64,000 nt of DNA from Thermoanaerobaculia bacterium (GCA_022071945.1 JAJVIN010000019.1:15637-79636); one strand, 5' to 3'; shown: positions 47,061 through 60,886, counted from the first letter of the stretch. Notes: a model not told the origin generated them from the letters alone. A program made the numbers and translations.

Positions 47061-47801
47061 TCACCCTTCCAGGTACTGATCCTCGATGTCGCCGTTGCTC
47101 CAGACTTTCTGCACGTCGTCGTGGTCCTCGAGCATCTCGAGGAGCTTGATGAGGCCCGGCGCCTTGTCTCCGACAGCAATCGTGTTCTGCGGGATCATCT
47201 GGAGCTCGGACGTCTGCGTCGGGATGTTCTTCTCTTCGATCTTCGCCTTCACCGGCTCGAACAGGTTCTGCTCGGTCGTGATCTCGAAGACCTCCGAGTC
47301 GTCCGAACGGAAGTCCTCCGCGCCGGCCTCCAGCGCGAGCTCCATGAGCGTGTCTTCCTGCGCCGCCTTCTTCTCGATCGAAATGTAGCCCTTCTTGGAG
47401 AACTGGAACGCCACCGAGTTGGCCGACGCCATGTTCCCGCCGTACTTCGAGAAGATGTGCCGGATCTCGGAGGTCGTCCGGTTCCGGTTGTCCGTCATCG
47501 CCTCGACGAGGATCGCCGCGCCGCCCGGGCCGTATCCCTCGTACAGGACTTCCTCGTAGGTGACGCCCTCGAGCTCACCCGTGCCCCGCTTGATCGCCTT
47601 GTCGATGTTGTCGGCCGGCATCGAGGCCTTCCGGGCGGCTTGCACGGCCGAGCGAAGCCGGGCGTTGGAGTCGATGCTCCCGCCCCCCAGCCTCGCCGAC
47701 ATCGTGATTTCCTTGATGAGTTTCGTGAAGAGGCGGCCTCTCTTGGCGTCGGCTGCGCCCTTCTTGTGTTTGATCGTGCTCCATTTATTGTGTCCGGACA
47801 T
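47061..47801 (-). CDS. yebC: YebC/PmpR-family DNA-binding transcriptional regulator
   Basis: MSGHNKWSTIKHKKGAADAKRGRLFTKLIKEI is the canonical YebC N-terminus. Located upstream of ruvC as in many bacteria. Confidence 0.88.
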   Translation of the reverse strand: MSGHNKWSTIKHKKGAADAKRGRLFTKLIKEITMSARLGGGSIDSNARLRSAVQAARKASMPADNIDKAIKRGTGELEGVTYEEVLYEGYGPGGAAILVEAMTDNRNRTTSEIRHIFSKYGGNMASANSVAFQFSKKGYISIEKKAAQEDTLMELALEAGAEDFRSDDSEVFEITTEQNLFEPVKAKIEEKNIPTQTSELQMIPQNTIAVGDKAPGLIKLLEMLEDHDDVQKVWSNGDIEDQYLEG

Positions 47802-49160
47802 CTTCCACCTCGGGGGAGTCGACGCCTGCGAGAGGCGCGGTATTCACACTTTCACGACAGTCTATCAGCGGCCAGGCCTCCAGGGCAGGCGCATCGGGCA
47901 GGAACGCCAGGCGAGCCGCGAACCGCAGGCCTGGTTCCCCCGTCACATCACCCGGATTCCGGAGCCTCACGTCGAGGTAATTGGCGGTCAGCCCACGCCC
48001 TCCGCTGAGCGAGACGACGTCGGCGCAAGACCCATCGAACCTCCGGGCAAAGGCGAGCGCCTTCTCTTCCCCCAAAGCGCGTAAACGCCGGGCTCTGCCG
48101 AAGATGACGTGGGCGGGAACCGGGTCGGCCGCGGCAAGCGAGGCGGCATGAGTCCCGGAGCGCGGAGAAAACGGAAAGACGTGGAGGCTCGCGAACGGGA
48201 TCTTCTCGGCCAGGGCCAGGGTTTCCGCGAACTCGTCGTCCGTCTCGCCCGGGAAGCCGGTGATCAGATCCGTGGCCAGGTGAAGAGAGGGCGAGGACGC
48301 AAGGGCCCTCCCCGCCAGGGCGATGTACCGCTCGGCCGTCATCCCGCGCCTCATCCGCCTCAAGACCGCATTCGAGCCGGACTGGAGGGGAAGGTGCAGG
48401 TGCGGCGTGATGACGCGGGACCCGCAGATCGCGTCGATCACCTCCTCCCCCGCTTCCATCGGCTCGAGAGACGAGAGTCTCACGCGGCACGCGGGCGGAT
48501 TCCGCTCGAGGAGGCCGATCAGGGAAGAGAGAGAGCTCCCCGCGTCCTTGCCGAAGTTGGCGAGGTGAACACCGGCCAGGACGACCTCGGGAATGCCGGA
48601 GTCGCCGAGTTGACGGATGCGTTGGGCGACCTCCTGGACCGGGACGCTCCTCTCGGAGCCCCGCAGGCGTGGGACGATGCAGAAAGAGCACCGCCTCTCG
48701 CACCCGTCCTGGATCTTCAGAAACGCTCGCGTGTGGCCGGGCGAGTTTTCGACGGCATCCGGAGCCCAGTTCCTCGTGAGGGCGCTCGAGCCCGGCGGGG
48801 AAGAGGGGGCGATCTTTCCATCGAGGCGGCCCGCCGAGCGCTCGGCGAGAAGCCAGGACAGACCTTTGTCGAAGCCGTGACCGGCGACGAGATCCACACC
48901 CGGCATCCGGGCGAGACCCTGGGGGTCGCGCTCCGCCAGGCAGCCCGTGGCGACGATGACGGCGGAGGGGTTCTCCCGCCTCAAGCGGCGGATGAGCTTG
49001 CGGTCGTCCCGGTCGGCGCGTTCGGTGACGGAACACGTCTGGACGACGATGACGTCGGCGGCGGCCGGATCGGTCACGCGCTCCCCGCCCGATGACGCGC
49101 CGGCGAGCGAGGCATCGATCTGGCTGACCTTGCAGCCGAGCGCGAGGACAGAGTACTTGA
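47785..49160 (-). CDS. MiaB/RimO/MtaB-family radical SAM tRNA methylthiotransferase
   Basis: MTTase N-terminal domain MFKYSVLALGCKVSQIDAS...VQTCSVTERAD; radical SAM CERRCSFCIVP; TRAM-proximal DLITGFPGETDDEF. This is the only genuine part of the 1446-aa track ORF. Confidence 0.8.
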
Positions 49161-49281
49161 ACATATAGAGCCAGCCCGGTTTTGAAGCGGGCTCCGTTGA
49201 CAGGCGCCCCCCCGGGGGGATAATACGAACTTCCCGGGCAAATCCGGAAATTGTGGAGGCGTCGGGTGAATCCCGACGGTT

Positions 49282-52323
<3,042 letters not shown>

Positions 52324-52397
52324 GTCCGATGCGGGGGAGCATCTCTACCTAGGCCCCAGATAGCAGTTCCAAATCCTTTGCCGAGGGAGGAATTCGA

Positions 52398-52619
52398 ATG
52401 CCGATCACGGATGAACAGCGGAAGTTCTACGAGAACAGTATGAAGTTCGCGAAGAAGGAGATCTCCGATCTCGAGGCCATGATCCAGGAGGAACTGGCCA
52501 AGGTGAAGGAGCGCCTCGCCGAGCTTCAGAACGCCCAGAAAGCAGCGCGGCAGATGTACGGGGCTGCCTGCATGCGGCTCGGTCTGCAGAACGACCTCGA
52601 GGAAACCGAGGAGTCCTGA
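52398..52619 (+). CDS. Small hypothetical coiled-coil protein (73 aa)
   Basis: Strong Shine-Dalgarno GGGAGG 8 nt upstream of the ATG. Helical, charged sequence with no compositional bias of the antisense-artefact kind. Confidence 0.35.
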   Translation: MPITDEQRKFYENSMKFAKKEISDLEAMIQEELAKVKERLAELQNAQKAARQMYGAACMRLGLQNDLEETEES

Positions 52620-52633
52620 CACCCGGATCTCGG

Positions 52634-53602
52634 GTGACTTCCTGGCGCTGGCCCCGGGGGAGCGTGGTGTCCTTCCGGGGTCTTTGCCTGTCTGACCGCT
52701 CTGTGTCTCGTCGCCTCCACCGTCCTGACGGATGGCACCGTGCCGGAGGACGGCTCTGGTGCCTTTTCCTCGTCATCCTCGCCTCGATGACGGGTCAGGC
52801 GCGAGGCGCTGCCCCGGCGCGGCCGGTGCCGGCCCGCCGGATCGCGGCCCTGGCCCCATCGGCGGTCGAGATCCTGGTCGCCCTCGGGGCGGCGGGCCGG
52901 GTGGCCGGTGTCTCGGACTTCGCCTCCGACATTCCGGAGGTGGCTGGAAAGCCTCGCCTCGGGGGATTCCACCCCGATGTCGAGCGTGTTCTGGCCCTTC
53001 GGCCCGACCTCGTCATCGTCTCGAAGGATGGCACCGACCGCGCCGTCCACGATCAGCTGGTGAGGTTGAAGGCCCCGCTTCTCGTCACGTCGGGCCACAC
53101 GCTGGACGGAGTCTTCGGTGACATCGAGGCCGTGGGGCGGGCCATCGACGAGGAGAAGAGGGCCCGGGACTTGGTCGGAGATCTGAAGCGGCGTGTCGCG
53201 GCGGTACGCGAACGGGCCGCCAGAAGGCCCGCGACCCAGCCCGTATTGGTCCTCATCTGGCCCGATCCACCCGTCGTGGCCGGTCCGGAGAGCTTCATCG
53301 GGGACCTGCTCCGGCAAGGGAGGATCACAAACGCGGTCCCGGATGGGGCGGGCGAGTGGCCGCGCGTCTCGCTCGAGACGATCACGTCCTGGAGCCCCGC
53401 GGTACTCGTCCACCCCGAGACCCGCGAGAACCGCGAAGTCTTTCAGAAGGCGCTCGGCCTGAATCCCCAGTGGAAAGTGGTCCGCGCCTACCGGGATGGC
53501 CGGGTGCTCTCGATCCCGGGCGCCTGGCTCGAACGGCCCGGCCCGCGTCTCGTGGATGCACTCGAGCGGCTGGCCGCCCTTCTGGAAAAGCCCGGATGGT
53601 AG
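52634..53602 (+). CDS. ABC transporter periplasmic substrate-binding protein (iron-siderophore/cobalamin type, BtuF/FecB-like)
   Basis: RIAALAPSAVEILVALGAAGRVAGVSDF...RPDLVIVS matches the PBP-type-8 fold. Signal-peptide-like segment WCLFLVILASMTGQARGA. Exact start uncertain. Confidence 0.7.
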   Translation: MTSWRWPRGSVVSFRGLCLSDRSVSRRLHRPDGWHRAGGRLWCLFLVILASMTGQARGAAPARPVPARRIAALAPSAVEILVALGAAGRVAGVSDFASDIPEVAGKPRLGGFHPDVERVLALRPDLVIVSKDGTDRAVHDQLVRLKAPLLVTSGHTLDGVFGDIEAVGRAIDEEKRARDLVGDLKRRVAAVRERAARRPATQPVLVLIWPDPPVVAGPESFIGDLLRQGRITNAVPDGAGEWPRVSLETITSWSPAVLVHPETRENREVFQKALGLNPQWKVVRAYRDGRVLSIPGAWLERPGPRLVDALERLAALLEKPGW

Positions 53603-54603
53603 GCCCCGGCCTGGCGAGCGGACGGGCGCGCGCGGCAGCGTCTGGGGTCCTTCTCTGTTCGGTCGCGCTCCTCGTGCTCACCGCCGTCGCGCACGGGACC
53701 GTCCCGCTCTCGCCCTCGGAGGTCCTCGATGCTCTTCTGGGGAAGGGCGATCCCGTGACCGCCGCCATCGTGAGAGACCTGAGGCTGCCACGCGCGCTTC
53801 TCGGGGTCCTCGTCGGGGGGGCCCTCGCCGCGGCGGGTGCCTCGCTGCAATCGCTCCTGCAGAATCCCCTCGCGGATCCCTTCCTGCTCGGTGTCTCGGG
53901 CGGGGCCGCGTGCGGAACCCTCCTCGCCTCGGTTCTGGGCGTTCTCGGGACGGCCGGGGCCTTTCTCTCCCCGCTCGCGGCCCTTGCCGGAGCCCTTCTC
54001 GCGGTCGTCGTGGTGGGGCTCGGCGCCTACAGCCAGGGAACCCTCGACCGGGGCCGGCTCCTCCTCTCGGGCGCCATCGTGAACTCCCTGGCGTCGGCCG
54101 TCATCCTCCTGCTGCTCTCCATCGGTTCCCCGGACACGACCCGCGGATTCGTCTTCTGGATGCTCGGGTCTCTCTCCTCGGCCTCGTGGGAATCCGTTTC
54201 GTCCCTGGCGCTCTACGGCGGGGCCGGATGCACTCTCCTGATCTTCTTCTCCAGGGCCCTCGACGCCTTCACGCTCGGAGAGGAGACGGCCCACACCCTC
54301 GGGATCCAGGTCGAGCAGACGAAGCGGTGCGTGTATCTCGGGGCGTCGATACTGGCCGCCGCGGCGGTCGCGCACGCGGGCATCATCGGCTTTGTCGGGC
54401 TCCTGGTGCCCCAGGGGGTTCGCCTTGTCGTTCGCGATCAGCGGAGCGTCCTCGTCTTCTCGTTTCTCTCGGGGGCGGTCCTCCTCCTCTCGGCCGACCT
54501 GATCGCCCGCTGGCTCTTCTCTCCCAACGAGATCTCGATCGGCGCGGTGACGGCCCTCGTCGGGGCGCCCGCGTTCCTCTACCTGATGCGGCGAAAGGTC
54601 TGA
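53596..54603 (+). CDS. FecCD-family ABC permease
   Basis: Multi-TM with LLGVSGGAACGTLLA and a C-terminal GAPAFLYLM block typical of FecCD/BtuC permeases. Confidence 0.8.
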   Translation: MVGPGLASGRARAAASGVLLCSVALLVLTAVAHGTVPLSPSEVLDALLGKGDPVTAAIVRDLRLPRALLGVLVGGALAAAGASLQSLLQNPLADPFLLGVSGGAACGTLLASVLGVLGTAGAFLSPLAALAGALLAVVVVGLGAYSQGTLDRGRLLLSGAIVNSLASAVILLLLSIGSPDTTRGFVFWMLGSLSSASWESVSSLALYGGAGCTLLIFFSRALDAFTLGEETAHTLGIQVEQTKRCVYLGASILAAAAVAHAGIIGFVGLLVPQGVRLVVRDQRSVLVFSFLSGAVLLLSADLIARWLFSPNEISIGAVTALVGAPAFLYLMRRKV

Positions 54604-54612
54604 GGGGACGAG

Positions 54613-55434
54613 TTGGGCGCGGCCTTCCTCGAGCTTCGTGGCGTCAGCGTCGATTACGAGACGAGCCGGGTCCTCGACAGCGTCGAGCTCGGTTTCGCCC
54701 GGGGAAGGGTCACGGTGCTCCTCGGTGAGAACGGGAGCGGGAAGTCGACCATCTTGAAGGTCCTGGCCGGGATCCTGAGGCCGAAAAAGGGCGGGGTGTT
54801 CCTGGAAGGAAAGCCCCTGGAGAAGCTCCCGCGGCACGAGGTGGCGCAGAGGATCGGCTACCTGCCGCAGGCCTTCGAGCCGTTCTTTCCGGCCCGCGCC
54901 CGGGAAGTCGTCGTCCTGGGACGGATCCCGCACCTGCGCGGCTTCGCGTCGGCCGGGCCGGAGGACTACCGGGCCGCGGACGAGGCCCTCGAGGAGGCAG
55001 ATGTCCTTCCTCTCTCGTGCCGGAACATCCAGCAGCTGAGCGGCGGCGAGCGCCAGAGAGTCCTTCTCGCCCGGGTCCTGGCGGGAAAGCCGGAGATCTT
55101 CCTCCTCGACGAGCCGACCTCGAACCTCGATCCGCGGCACAGGTTGAAGGTGGCTTCGATCATGCGACGCCGGGCCGAGGCCGGGGGGACCGTCATCGTC
55201 CCGACGCACGAGCTCGACCTCGCCGTACAGGCCGCCGATGACGCGGTCCTCCTGAAGAGCGGCCGGGTCCTCTGCGCGGGGCCCCTGAAGACCATCCTGA
55301 CCCCCGCGAACCTCGAGGCGGTCTTCGGCGTGGGGGCGCGTCTCTTCACGGGTCCCGAGGGCCTGGCGCACGTCTCGCTCTTTCTCGACACGCAGAAGGC
55401 CCGGGGCGAGCAGGAACCGGGCCTCCCGCGATAG
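54613..55434 (+). CDS. ABC transporter ATP-binding protein (FecE/BtuD-like)
   Basis: Walker A GENGSGKST, signature LSGGERQRVLLARVL, Walker B FLLDEPTSNLD. Confidence 0.85.
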   Translation: MGAAFLELRGVSVDYETSRVLDSVELGFARGRVTVLLGENGSGKSTILKVLAGILRPKKGGVFLEGKPLEKLPRHEVAQRIGYLPQAFEPFFPARAREVVVLGRIPHLRGFASAGPEDYRAADEALEEADVLPLSCRNIQQLSGGERQRVLLARVLAGKPEIFLLDEPTSNLDPRHRLKVASIMRRRAEAGGTVIVPTHELDLAVQAADDAVLLKSGRVLCAGPLKTILTPANLEAVFGVGARLFTGPEGLAHVSLFLDTQKARGEQEPGLPR

Positions 55435-55458
55435 ACTCCGGCCCGCGCCCGACAGACC

Positions 55459-56304
55459 ATGTGGTTTCGATCGACCAAGACCCCTCGCGCCCCCAGGGAT
55501 CCCCGGACCTCCGCCTCGCTGGGCGAGGGGCTCTTCCTCAAGTGTGACGGCTGCCGGGAAACGCTCTACGTCAAGGAAGTGGAGCGGAACCTGCGCGTCT
55601 GCCCGAAGTGCGGCTACCACTTCCGGATGCCCATCGAGGAGCGTTTCCGGATGCTCTTCGACGAGGGGGAATTCACTCCTCTCTTCCAGGACGTGAGGCC
55701 ATCGGACCCCTTGAAGTTCAAGGACTCGAAGAAATACAAGGACCGGCTCAAGGAGAGCGAGACACGCGCCGGCAGGCCGGATGCCGCCCTGGCCGCCCGC
55801 GGAAAGCTCGATGGGATAGGCGTTCTCATCGCCGGCCTCGACTACAACTTCATGGGGGGCTCGATGGGCTCCGTCGTGGGCGAGATCCTCGCCCGGGGAG
55901 CGGAGACGGCCGTCAAGGAGCGTCTGCCCTACATCGTGATCACGGCCTCCGGCGGGGCCCGGATGCAGGAGGGAATCCTCTCCCTCATGCAGATGGCCAA
56001 GGTCTCGATGGCGCTGACGAGGCTGGGCGAGGCCAGGATCCCGTACCTCACGCTCCTCACCGATCCGACGACGGGTGGCGTGACCGCCTCCTTCGCGATG
56101 CTGGGGGACATCACGCTGGCCGAGCCAAAGGCCCTCATCGGGTTCGCGGGGCCCCGCGTCATCGAGCAGACGATCCGCCAGACGCTTCCCGAGGGGTTCC
56201 AGAGATCGGAGTTCCTCAGGGACCACGGGTTCGTCGATCTCGTCGTTCCCCGGGCGTCCCAAAAGCCGGTCTTTTCCAACCTCATCCGGCTGCTCTTCGG
56301 CTGA
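55459..56304 (+). CDS. accD: Acetyl-CoA carboxylase carboxyltransferase subunit beta
   Basis: Zn-ribbon CDGCRETLYVKEVERNLRVCPKCGYH followed by the carboxyltransferase domain (GGSMGSVVGE, ASGGARMQEG). Confidence 0.9.
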   Translation: MWFRSTKTPRAPRDPRTSASLGEGLFLKCDGCRETLYVKEVERNLRVCPKCGYHFRMPIEERFRMLFDEGEFTPLFQDVRPSDPLKFKDSKKYKDRLKESETRAGRPDAALAARGKLDGIGVLIAGLDYNFMGGSMGSVVGEILARGAETAVKERLPYIVITASGGARMQEGILSLMQMAKVSMALTRLGEARIPYLTLLTDPTTGGVTASFAMLGDITLAEPKALIGFAGPRVIEQTIRQTLPEGFQRSEFLRDHGFVDLVVPRASQKPVFSNLIRLLFG

Positions 56305-56314
56305 CGCGGGCGCG

Positions 56315-57544
56315 ATGACCCCCGGTTTCGCCCCGGGCTCCGGTCTGTGCTGGCTCGAATCGCTGGGGCCCCAGAAGATCCGGCCCGGCCTTTCTCGCGT
56401 TCAGGCTCTCTTGGAAAGCCTCGGACACCCCCAGCGGGCGTACCGCTCCGTCCTGATCGCCGGAACGAACGGAAAGGGCTCGACGGCCGCGTTCCTTTCC
56501 TCGATCCTCTCGGCCGCCGGAATCCGCACGGGCCTCTACACCTCCCCGCACCTCGTGCGGGTTCACGAGCGAGTCAGGATCGCGGAAGAAGACGTCGAGG
56601 ACCGCTGCCTCGACGAGGTCCTCTGGCTCATCTCGCGGATCTCGGGTGACGGTGCGCTTCGACCCACCTACTTCGAGGCGATGACGGTCGCCGCATTCGA
56701 GGTCTTCAGGCGGAAAGGCGTCCGCGTGGCCGTCGTGGAGGCCGGAATCGGGGGACTCTGGGACGCCACGAACGTGCTCGACCCCCTGATCTCGATCGTG
56801 ACCAACGTCGCGGAGGACCACCTCGAGATCCTCGGCCCGGCCCTTTCGGACGTCGCGCGGCAGAAGGCCGGGATCTTCAGGCCGGGACGAACCGCCCTCA
56901 CGTCCGCCGAGGGTGAAACGTTCGCGGTTCTGGAGACGGAGGCGAAGCGGATCGGAGCGGACCTGACCCAGGTGACCCCGATCGCCCTCGCGATGGAGCA
57001 GGGCCTTCCGCTCCCGGGCAGACACCAGGCCAGAAACGCCGGGCTCGCCGTGGCCGCCGCCCAGAAGCTCGCCGCCCCGTCAACGGAAGTGGTGGCGCGG
57101 GGCCTGCGAGCGGTTTGCTGGCCCGGCCGTCTCCAGTGGGTTCGCCGGGAGGGCCGGCGGCCCTTGCTCCTGGACGGAGCCCACAATCCCGCCGGCGCGG
57201 AAACGCTGGCCGCGTACCTGGACGAGGCCGGGCTCTCGGAGAAGGCCGATCTCGTCTTCGGGGCGCTTCTCGACAAGGACGTCGAGGGTCTGTTTTCGCC
57301 CCTGAGGACGAGGGTCCGAAAGGCCCTGTTCGTCTCTCCCCCTTCGCCCCGCGCGGGCCCTGCGCGAGAGCTGGCGGAGAGGCTCGGCTTCGATGCCGGG
57401 CTGGCGGAGCCCGGGCTTCTGCCGGCGATCGCCAGGCTCGAGAGAGAAGATCCCGCATCCCGGGCCCCTATAATCGTCGCCGGCTCGCTCTATCTCGTCG
57501 GAGAGATGCTCCGGCTCCTCGGGGGAGCGCCGGAAGCGGTGTGA
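56315..57544 (+). CDS. folC: Bifunctional folylpolyglutamate synthase / dihydrofolate synthase
   Basis: P-loop IAGTNGKGSTAAFLSSIL; Mur-ligase middle and C-terminal domains. Confidence 0.85.
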   Translation: MTPGFAPGSGLCWLESLGPQKIRPGLSRVQALLESLGHPQRAYRSVLIAGTNGKGSTAAFLSSILSAAGIRTGLYTSPHLVRVHERVRIAEEDVEDRCLDEVLWLISRISGDGALRPTYFEAMTVAAFEVFRRKGVRVAVVEAGIGGLWDATNVLDPLISIVTNVAEDHLEILGPALSDVARQKAGIFRPGRTALTSAEGETFAVLETEAKRIGADLTQVTPIALAMEQGLPLPGRHQARNAGLAVAAAQKLAAPSTEVVARGLRAVCWPGRLQWVRREGRRPLLLDGAHNPAGAETLAAYLDEAGLSEKADLVFGALLDKDVEGLFSPLRTRVRKALFVSPPSPRAGPARELAERLGFDAGLAEPGLLPAIARLEREDPASRAPIIVAGSLYLVGEMLRLLGGAPEAV

Positions 57545-57596
57545 GCGAGCCCGGGCCGTCCGGGGAAGGGGCAGGGGCTCCGGACGGGGAGGCCGG

Positions 57597-58955
57597 ATGA
57601 CAGAAGAGAGAGTCCACGCTTTCACGAAAGCGGAGCTGGAGGACGCCGAGGACGCCCGCCTGGCGATCTACGCGTCGCGCTCCCGCCGGGCCACTCGCCG
57701 TCACCCGGTCGCGCCCGAGGGCCGCCACTTCGACTACCGGACGGAGTACCAGAGAGACCGGGACCGGATCATTCACTCGAAGTCGTTCCGGAGGCTCAAG
57801 CACAAGACGCAGGTCTTCATTCCCTTCGAGGGAGACCACTACAGAACGCGGCTCACTCACACGCTCGAGGCGACGCAGGTGGCCCGGACGATCGCGCGCG
57901 CCCTGGCCTTGAACGAGGATCTGGCGGAGGCGTGCGCCCTGGGCCACGACGTCGGCCACACACCGTTCGGCCACTCGGGTGAAAAGGTCCTCAACCGGAT
58001 CCTGACCGGGGCCGAGCCCTCCATCCCGATCGAGCCGGAGGTGGCCCGGGCGGTGGGTGCCTTCAAGCACAACTACCAGTCCGTGCGGGTTCTCGACGTC
58101 CTGGAGCGCCGCTACGACCACCCGGGGCTGAACCTGACGAACGACACGCGGGAGGGAATCCTCAAGCACACCACCTGGAGGCGGGACTTCCCGTTCCCTG
58201 ACATCGATGCAGAGGGCCTCAATATGACCTCGGGGGGGCACCTCGAGGGGCAGGCTGTTGGCTGGTCGGACGAGATCGCGCAGCAGGCGCACGACCTCGA
58301 GGACGGCCTCGTTCTCTGCGACGAGGCCAAGCTCCACGGCCTGACCATCGTCAAGAACGTGATGAGCGCCATCGGCGAGTCGTACGAGAAGGCGAGCTCG
58401 CCCTCGGTCAAGCATGCTCTCCTGATCCGGGGCATCATCCATCTGCTCGTGACGGACGTGATCGTGGCGTCGCGCGTGGCGATCGAGAAGTGGCTGGCGG
58501 AAAAGCGGATCACGGCGGCGGACGAGTTTTACGCACACCGCGCCCGGCTGCCCGGCTCTCTCGTGGCCCCCTCGCGGCACGGCGAGAAGCTCTATCTCGA
58601 GCTGAAGGAGTTCATCTACCAGCACATCATCCACAGTCACGCGGTGGCGCAGCACGACGGGCGCGCCCAGCTCGTGGTGACCGGGCTCTTCGGGGCCTTC
58701 TACAAGAATCCCCGGCTCGTGCCCGACGACGTGCTGATGCGGTACCACGACCTTTCCGGGGTGACGTTCCTGAGGGACGTCCCCCTGAAGCGAATCGATG
58801 ACGAGATCGCGCGCAACTACCATTCCCGGCCCCTTTTCTTGCGGTGTATCGCGGATCACCTCGCCGGGATGACCGACAGTTATGCTCTGTCGGTCTATGA
58901 CTCGATGTTCGCTCCCTATCCGAGACGTCTCGGGGGCATCCCCCCGATTTACTGA
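57597..58955 (+). CDS. dgt: dGTP triphosphohydrolase-like HD-domain protein
   Basis: HSKSFRRLKHKTQVF; HD motif LGHDVGHTPFGHSGE; rest consistent with the dGTPase family. Confidence 0.85.
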   Translation: MTEERVHAFTKAELEDAEDARLAIYASRSRRATRRHPVAPEGRHFDYRTEYQRDRDRIIHSKSFRRLKHKTQVFIPFEGDHYRTRLTHTLEATQVARTIARALALNEDLAEACALGHDVGHTPFGHSGEKVLNRILTGAEPSIPIEPEVARAVGAFKHNYQSVRVLDVLERRYDHPGLNLTNDTREGILKHTTWRRDFPFPDIDAEGLNMTSGGHLEGQAVGWSDEIAQQAHDLEDGLVLCDEAKLHGLTIVKNVMSAIGESYEKASSPSVKHALLIRGIIHLLVTDVIVASRVAIEKWLAEKRITAADEFYAHRARLPGSLVAPSRHGEKLYLELKEFIYQHIIHSHAVAQHDGRAQLVVTGLFGAFYKNPRLVPDDVLMRYHDLSGVTFLRDVPLKRIDDEIARNYHSRPLFLRCIADHLAGMTDSYALSVYDSMFAPYPRRLGGIPPIY

Positions 58956-58964
58956 GGCCGGACG

Positions 58965-59435
58965 ATGAAGATTGCCGTGGGATCCGACCACGCTGGATTC
59001 GAGCTGAAGGAGAAAGTCCGGGAGTTCCTGACGACTCGCGGGCACGAGGTCCTCGACACCGGGACCACGGGCACGGCGTCGGTCGACTACCCGGACTTCG
59101 GGTATGCCGTGGGCAGGGCGGTCGCCTCGGGCGAGGCCGCCGTGGGGGTCGTCGTCTGCGGGAGCGGGATCGGCATCGCCATGGCGGCCAACAAGGTGCC
59201 GGGAGCGCGCGCCGGTGTGGCGACCGACATCTTTTCCGCCAGGCTCATGCGGCAGCACAATGACGCCAACATCCTGGCGCTCGGAGCCCGGATCACGGCT
59301 CCGGCACTCGCCGAGGCCATCCTCGAGACATTCCTTGAGACACCCTTCGAAGGCGGCCGCCACCAGCGCCGCGTCGAAAAGCTGAACCATGGGCCCGACC
59401 CGGCCCCTCCCCCCACAGGAGACACGAACAGATGA
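58965..59435 (+). CDS. rpiB: Ribose-5-phosphate isomerase B
   Basis: [18 protein letters not shown]...[21 protein letters not shown] is canonical RpiB/LacAB. Confidence 0.85.
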   Translation: MKIAVGSDHAGFELKEKVREFLTTRGHEVLDTGTTGTASVDYPDFGYAVGRAVASGEAAVGVVVCGSGIGIAMAANKVPGARAGVATDIFSARLMRQHNDANILALGARITAPALAEAILETFLETPFEGGRHQRRVEKLNHGPDPAPPPTGDTNR

Positions 59436-60712
59436 CGACGACTCTCTCCACTTCCGGCCTCATGGAAAGGCGCCTCTCGGCCGTTGATCCAGAGGTGGCC
59501 CAGGCGATCGATGCCGAGACGCTGCGGCAGCAGCAGCATCTCGAGCTGATCGCGTCCGAGAACTTCACGTCCCGCGCCGTCCTCGAGGCGGTCGGTTCCG
59601 TCCTGACCAACAAGTACGCGGAGGGCTACCCGGGGCGCCGGTACTACGGGGGCTGCGACAACGTCGACAAGGTGGAATCCCTCGCCATCGCGCGGGCCAA
59701 ACAACTCTTCTCACCCGCCAACCCGGAGGCGATCCACGCCAACGTGCAGCCCCACTCGGGCTCCCAGGCCAACACGGCCGTCTACATCGCCTGCCTCAAG
59801 CCGGGCGACACCCTTCTCGGCATGTCGCTCGCGCACGGGGGGCACCTCACCCACGGGCATCCGCTGTCCATCTCCGGCAAGCAGTACCGGGTCGTGTCGT
59901 ATGGCGTCACGAGGGAGACGGAGCGGATCGACTACGACGAGCTCGCCCGGGTCGCCGAGGCCGAGAAGCCGAAACTCATCGTGGCGGGGGCGTCCGCCTA
60001 TCCGCGCCTCCTGGATTTCGAGAAGTTCCGCCAGGTGGCGGACGCGGTGGGCGCTCTCTTGATGGTCGACATGGCCCACATCGCGGGCCTGGTCGCCACG
60101 GGTCTGCATCCCTCGCCGGTCGGGTACGCCCACTTCGTCACGACGACGACCCACAAGACCCTCAGGGGGCCGCGCGGGGGCCTCATCCTCTCGACGCCGG
60201 AGTGGGCCAAGGAGATCGACAAGGCGGTCTTCCCGGGCATCCAGGGCGGGCCCCTCGAGCACGTCATCGCGGGCAAGGCCGTGGCGTTGAAGGAGGCCCT
60301 TTCTCCCGACTTCGCCGGGTATCAGAAGAATGTCGTCGAGAACGCGCGCGTCTTCGCCGAGGCGGTTGCCGCGCAGGGCTTCCGGATCGTCTCGGGCGGC
60401 ACGGACAACCACCTCTTCCTGGTGGACCTCGGTCCGAAGAAGCTGACGGGGAAGGTGGCCGAGAAGGCCCTCGATGCCGCGGGCATCACGGTGAACAAGA
60501 ATGCGATCCCGTTTGACCCCAACCCGCCGCTCGTCACGTCGGGCCTCAGGATCGGAACGCCGGCCGTCACGACGCGGGGCATGGGACCAGCCGAGATGAG
60601 GACCATCGCCGGCTGGATCGGAGAAGTCCTGGCGGCGCCCGAGAACCCGGACGTGCTCTCTTCGGTCCGGACCCGGGTGAAAGAGCTCACCTCGGCCTTC
60701 CCGATCTACTGA
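59432..60712 (+). CDS. glyA: Serine hydroxymethyltransferase
   Basis: [19 protein letters not shown]-Lys block [13 protein letters not shown], and full-length similarity to the GlyA pattern. Confidence 0.95.
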   Translation: MTTTLSTSGLMERRLSAVDPEVAQAIDAETLRQQQHLELIASENFTSRAVLEAVGSVLTNKYAEGYPGRRYYGGCDNVDKVESLAIARAKQLFSPANPEAIHANVQPHSGSQANTAVYIACLKPGDTLLGMSLAHGGHLTHGHPLSISGKQYRVVSYGVTRETERIDYDELARVAEAEKPKLIVAGASAYPRLLDFEKFRQVADAVGALLMVDMAHIAGLVATGLHPSPVGYAHFVTTTTHKTLRGPRGGLILSTPEWAKEIDKAVFPGIQGGPLEHVIAGKAVALKEALSPDFAGYQKNVVENARVFAEAVAAQGFRIVSGGTDNHLFLVDLGPKKLTGKVAEKALDAAGITVNKNAIPFDPNPPLVTSGLRIGTPAVTTRGMGPAEMRTIAGWIGEVLAAPENPDVLSSVRTRVKELTSAFPIY

Positions 60713-60738
60713 AGGCCCAGCAGGCCCTCATCCCCCGG

Positions 60739-60768
60739 CCCCTTCTCCCGCGAGTGCGGGAGAAGGGG
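60739..60768. terminator. 13-bp perfect GC-rich hairpin between the convergent glyA and glycosyltransferase genes (probable bidirectional terminator)
   Basis: ccccttctcccgc-gagt-gcgggagaagggg. No flanking U-tract, so intrinsic-terminator function is inferred only from position. Flanked by 17-nt direct repeats at about 60716-60735 and 60858-60877 (cagcaggccctcatccc / cagcaagccctcatccc). Confidence 0.5.
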
Positions 60769-60886
60769 AGCCCGCGCCCTCAGGGAGAGGGCAACGCGAA
60801 ACGTGGGTGAGGGCCTCCCGTCTTCCCGCCGAGATTCCCTGTGGCGATCGCAGGATCGCCAGCAAGCCCTCATCCCGAGGCGGGGC

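Noticed and set aside
53488-56262. 924-aa minus-strand ORF
   Set aside because: Antisense to the ABC permease, ABC ATPase and accD genes, all with canonical motifs on the + strand.
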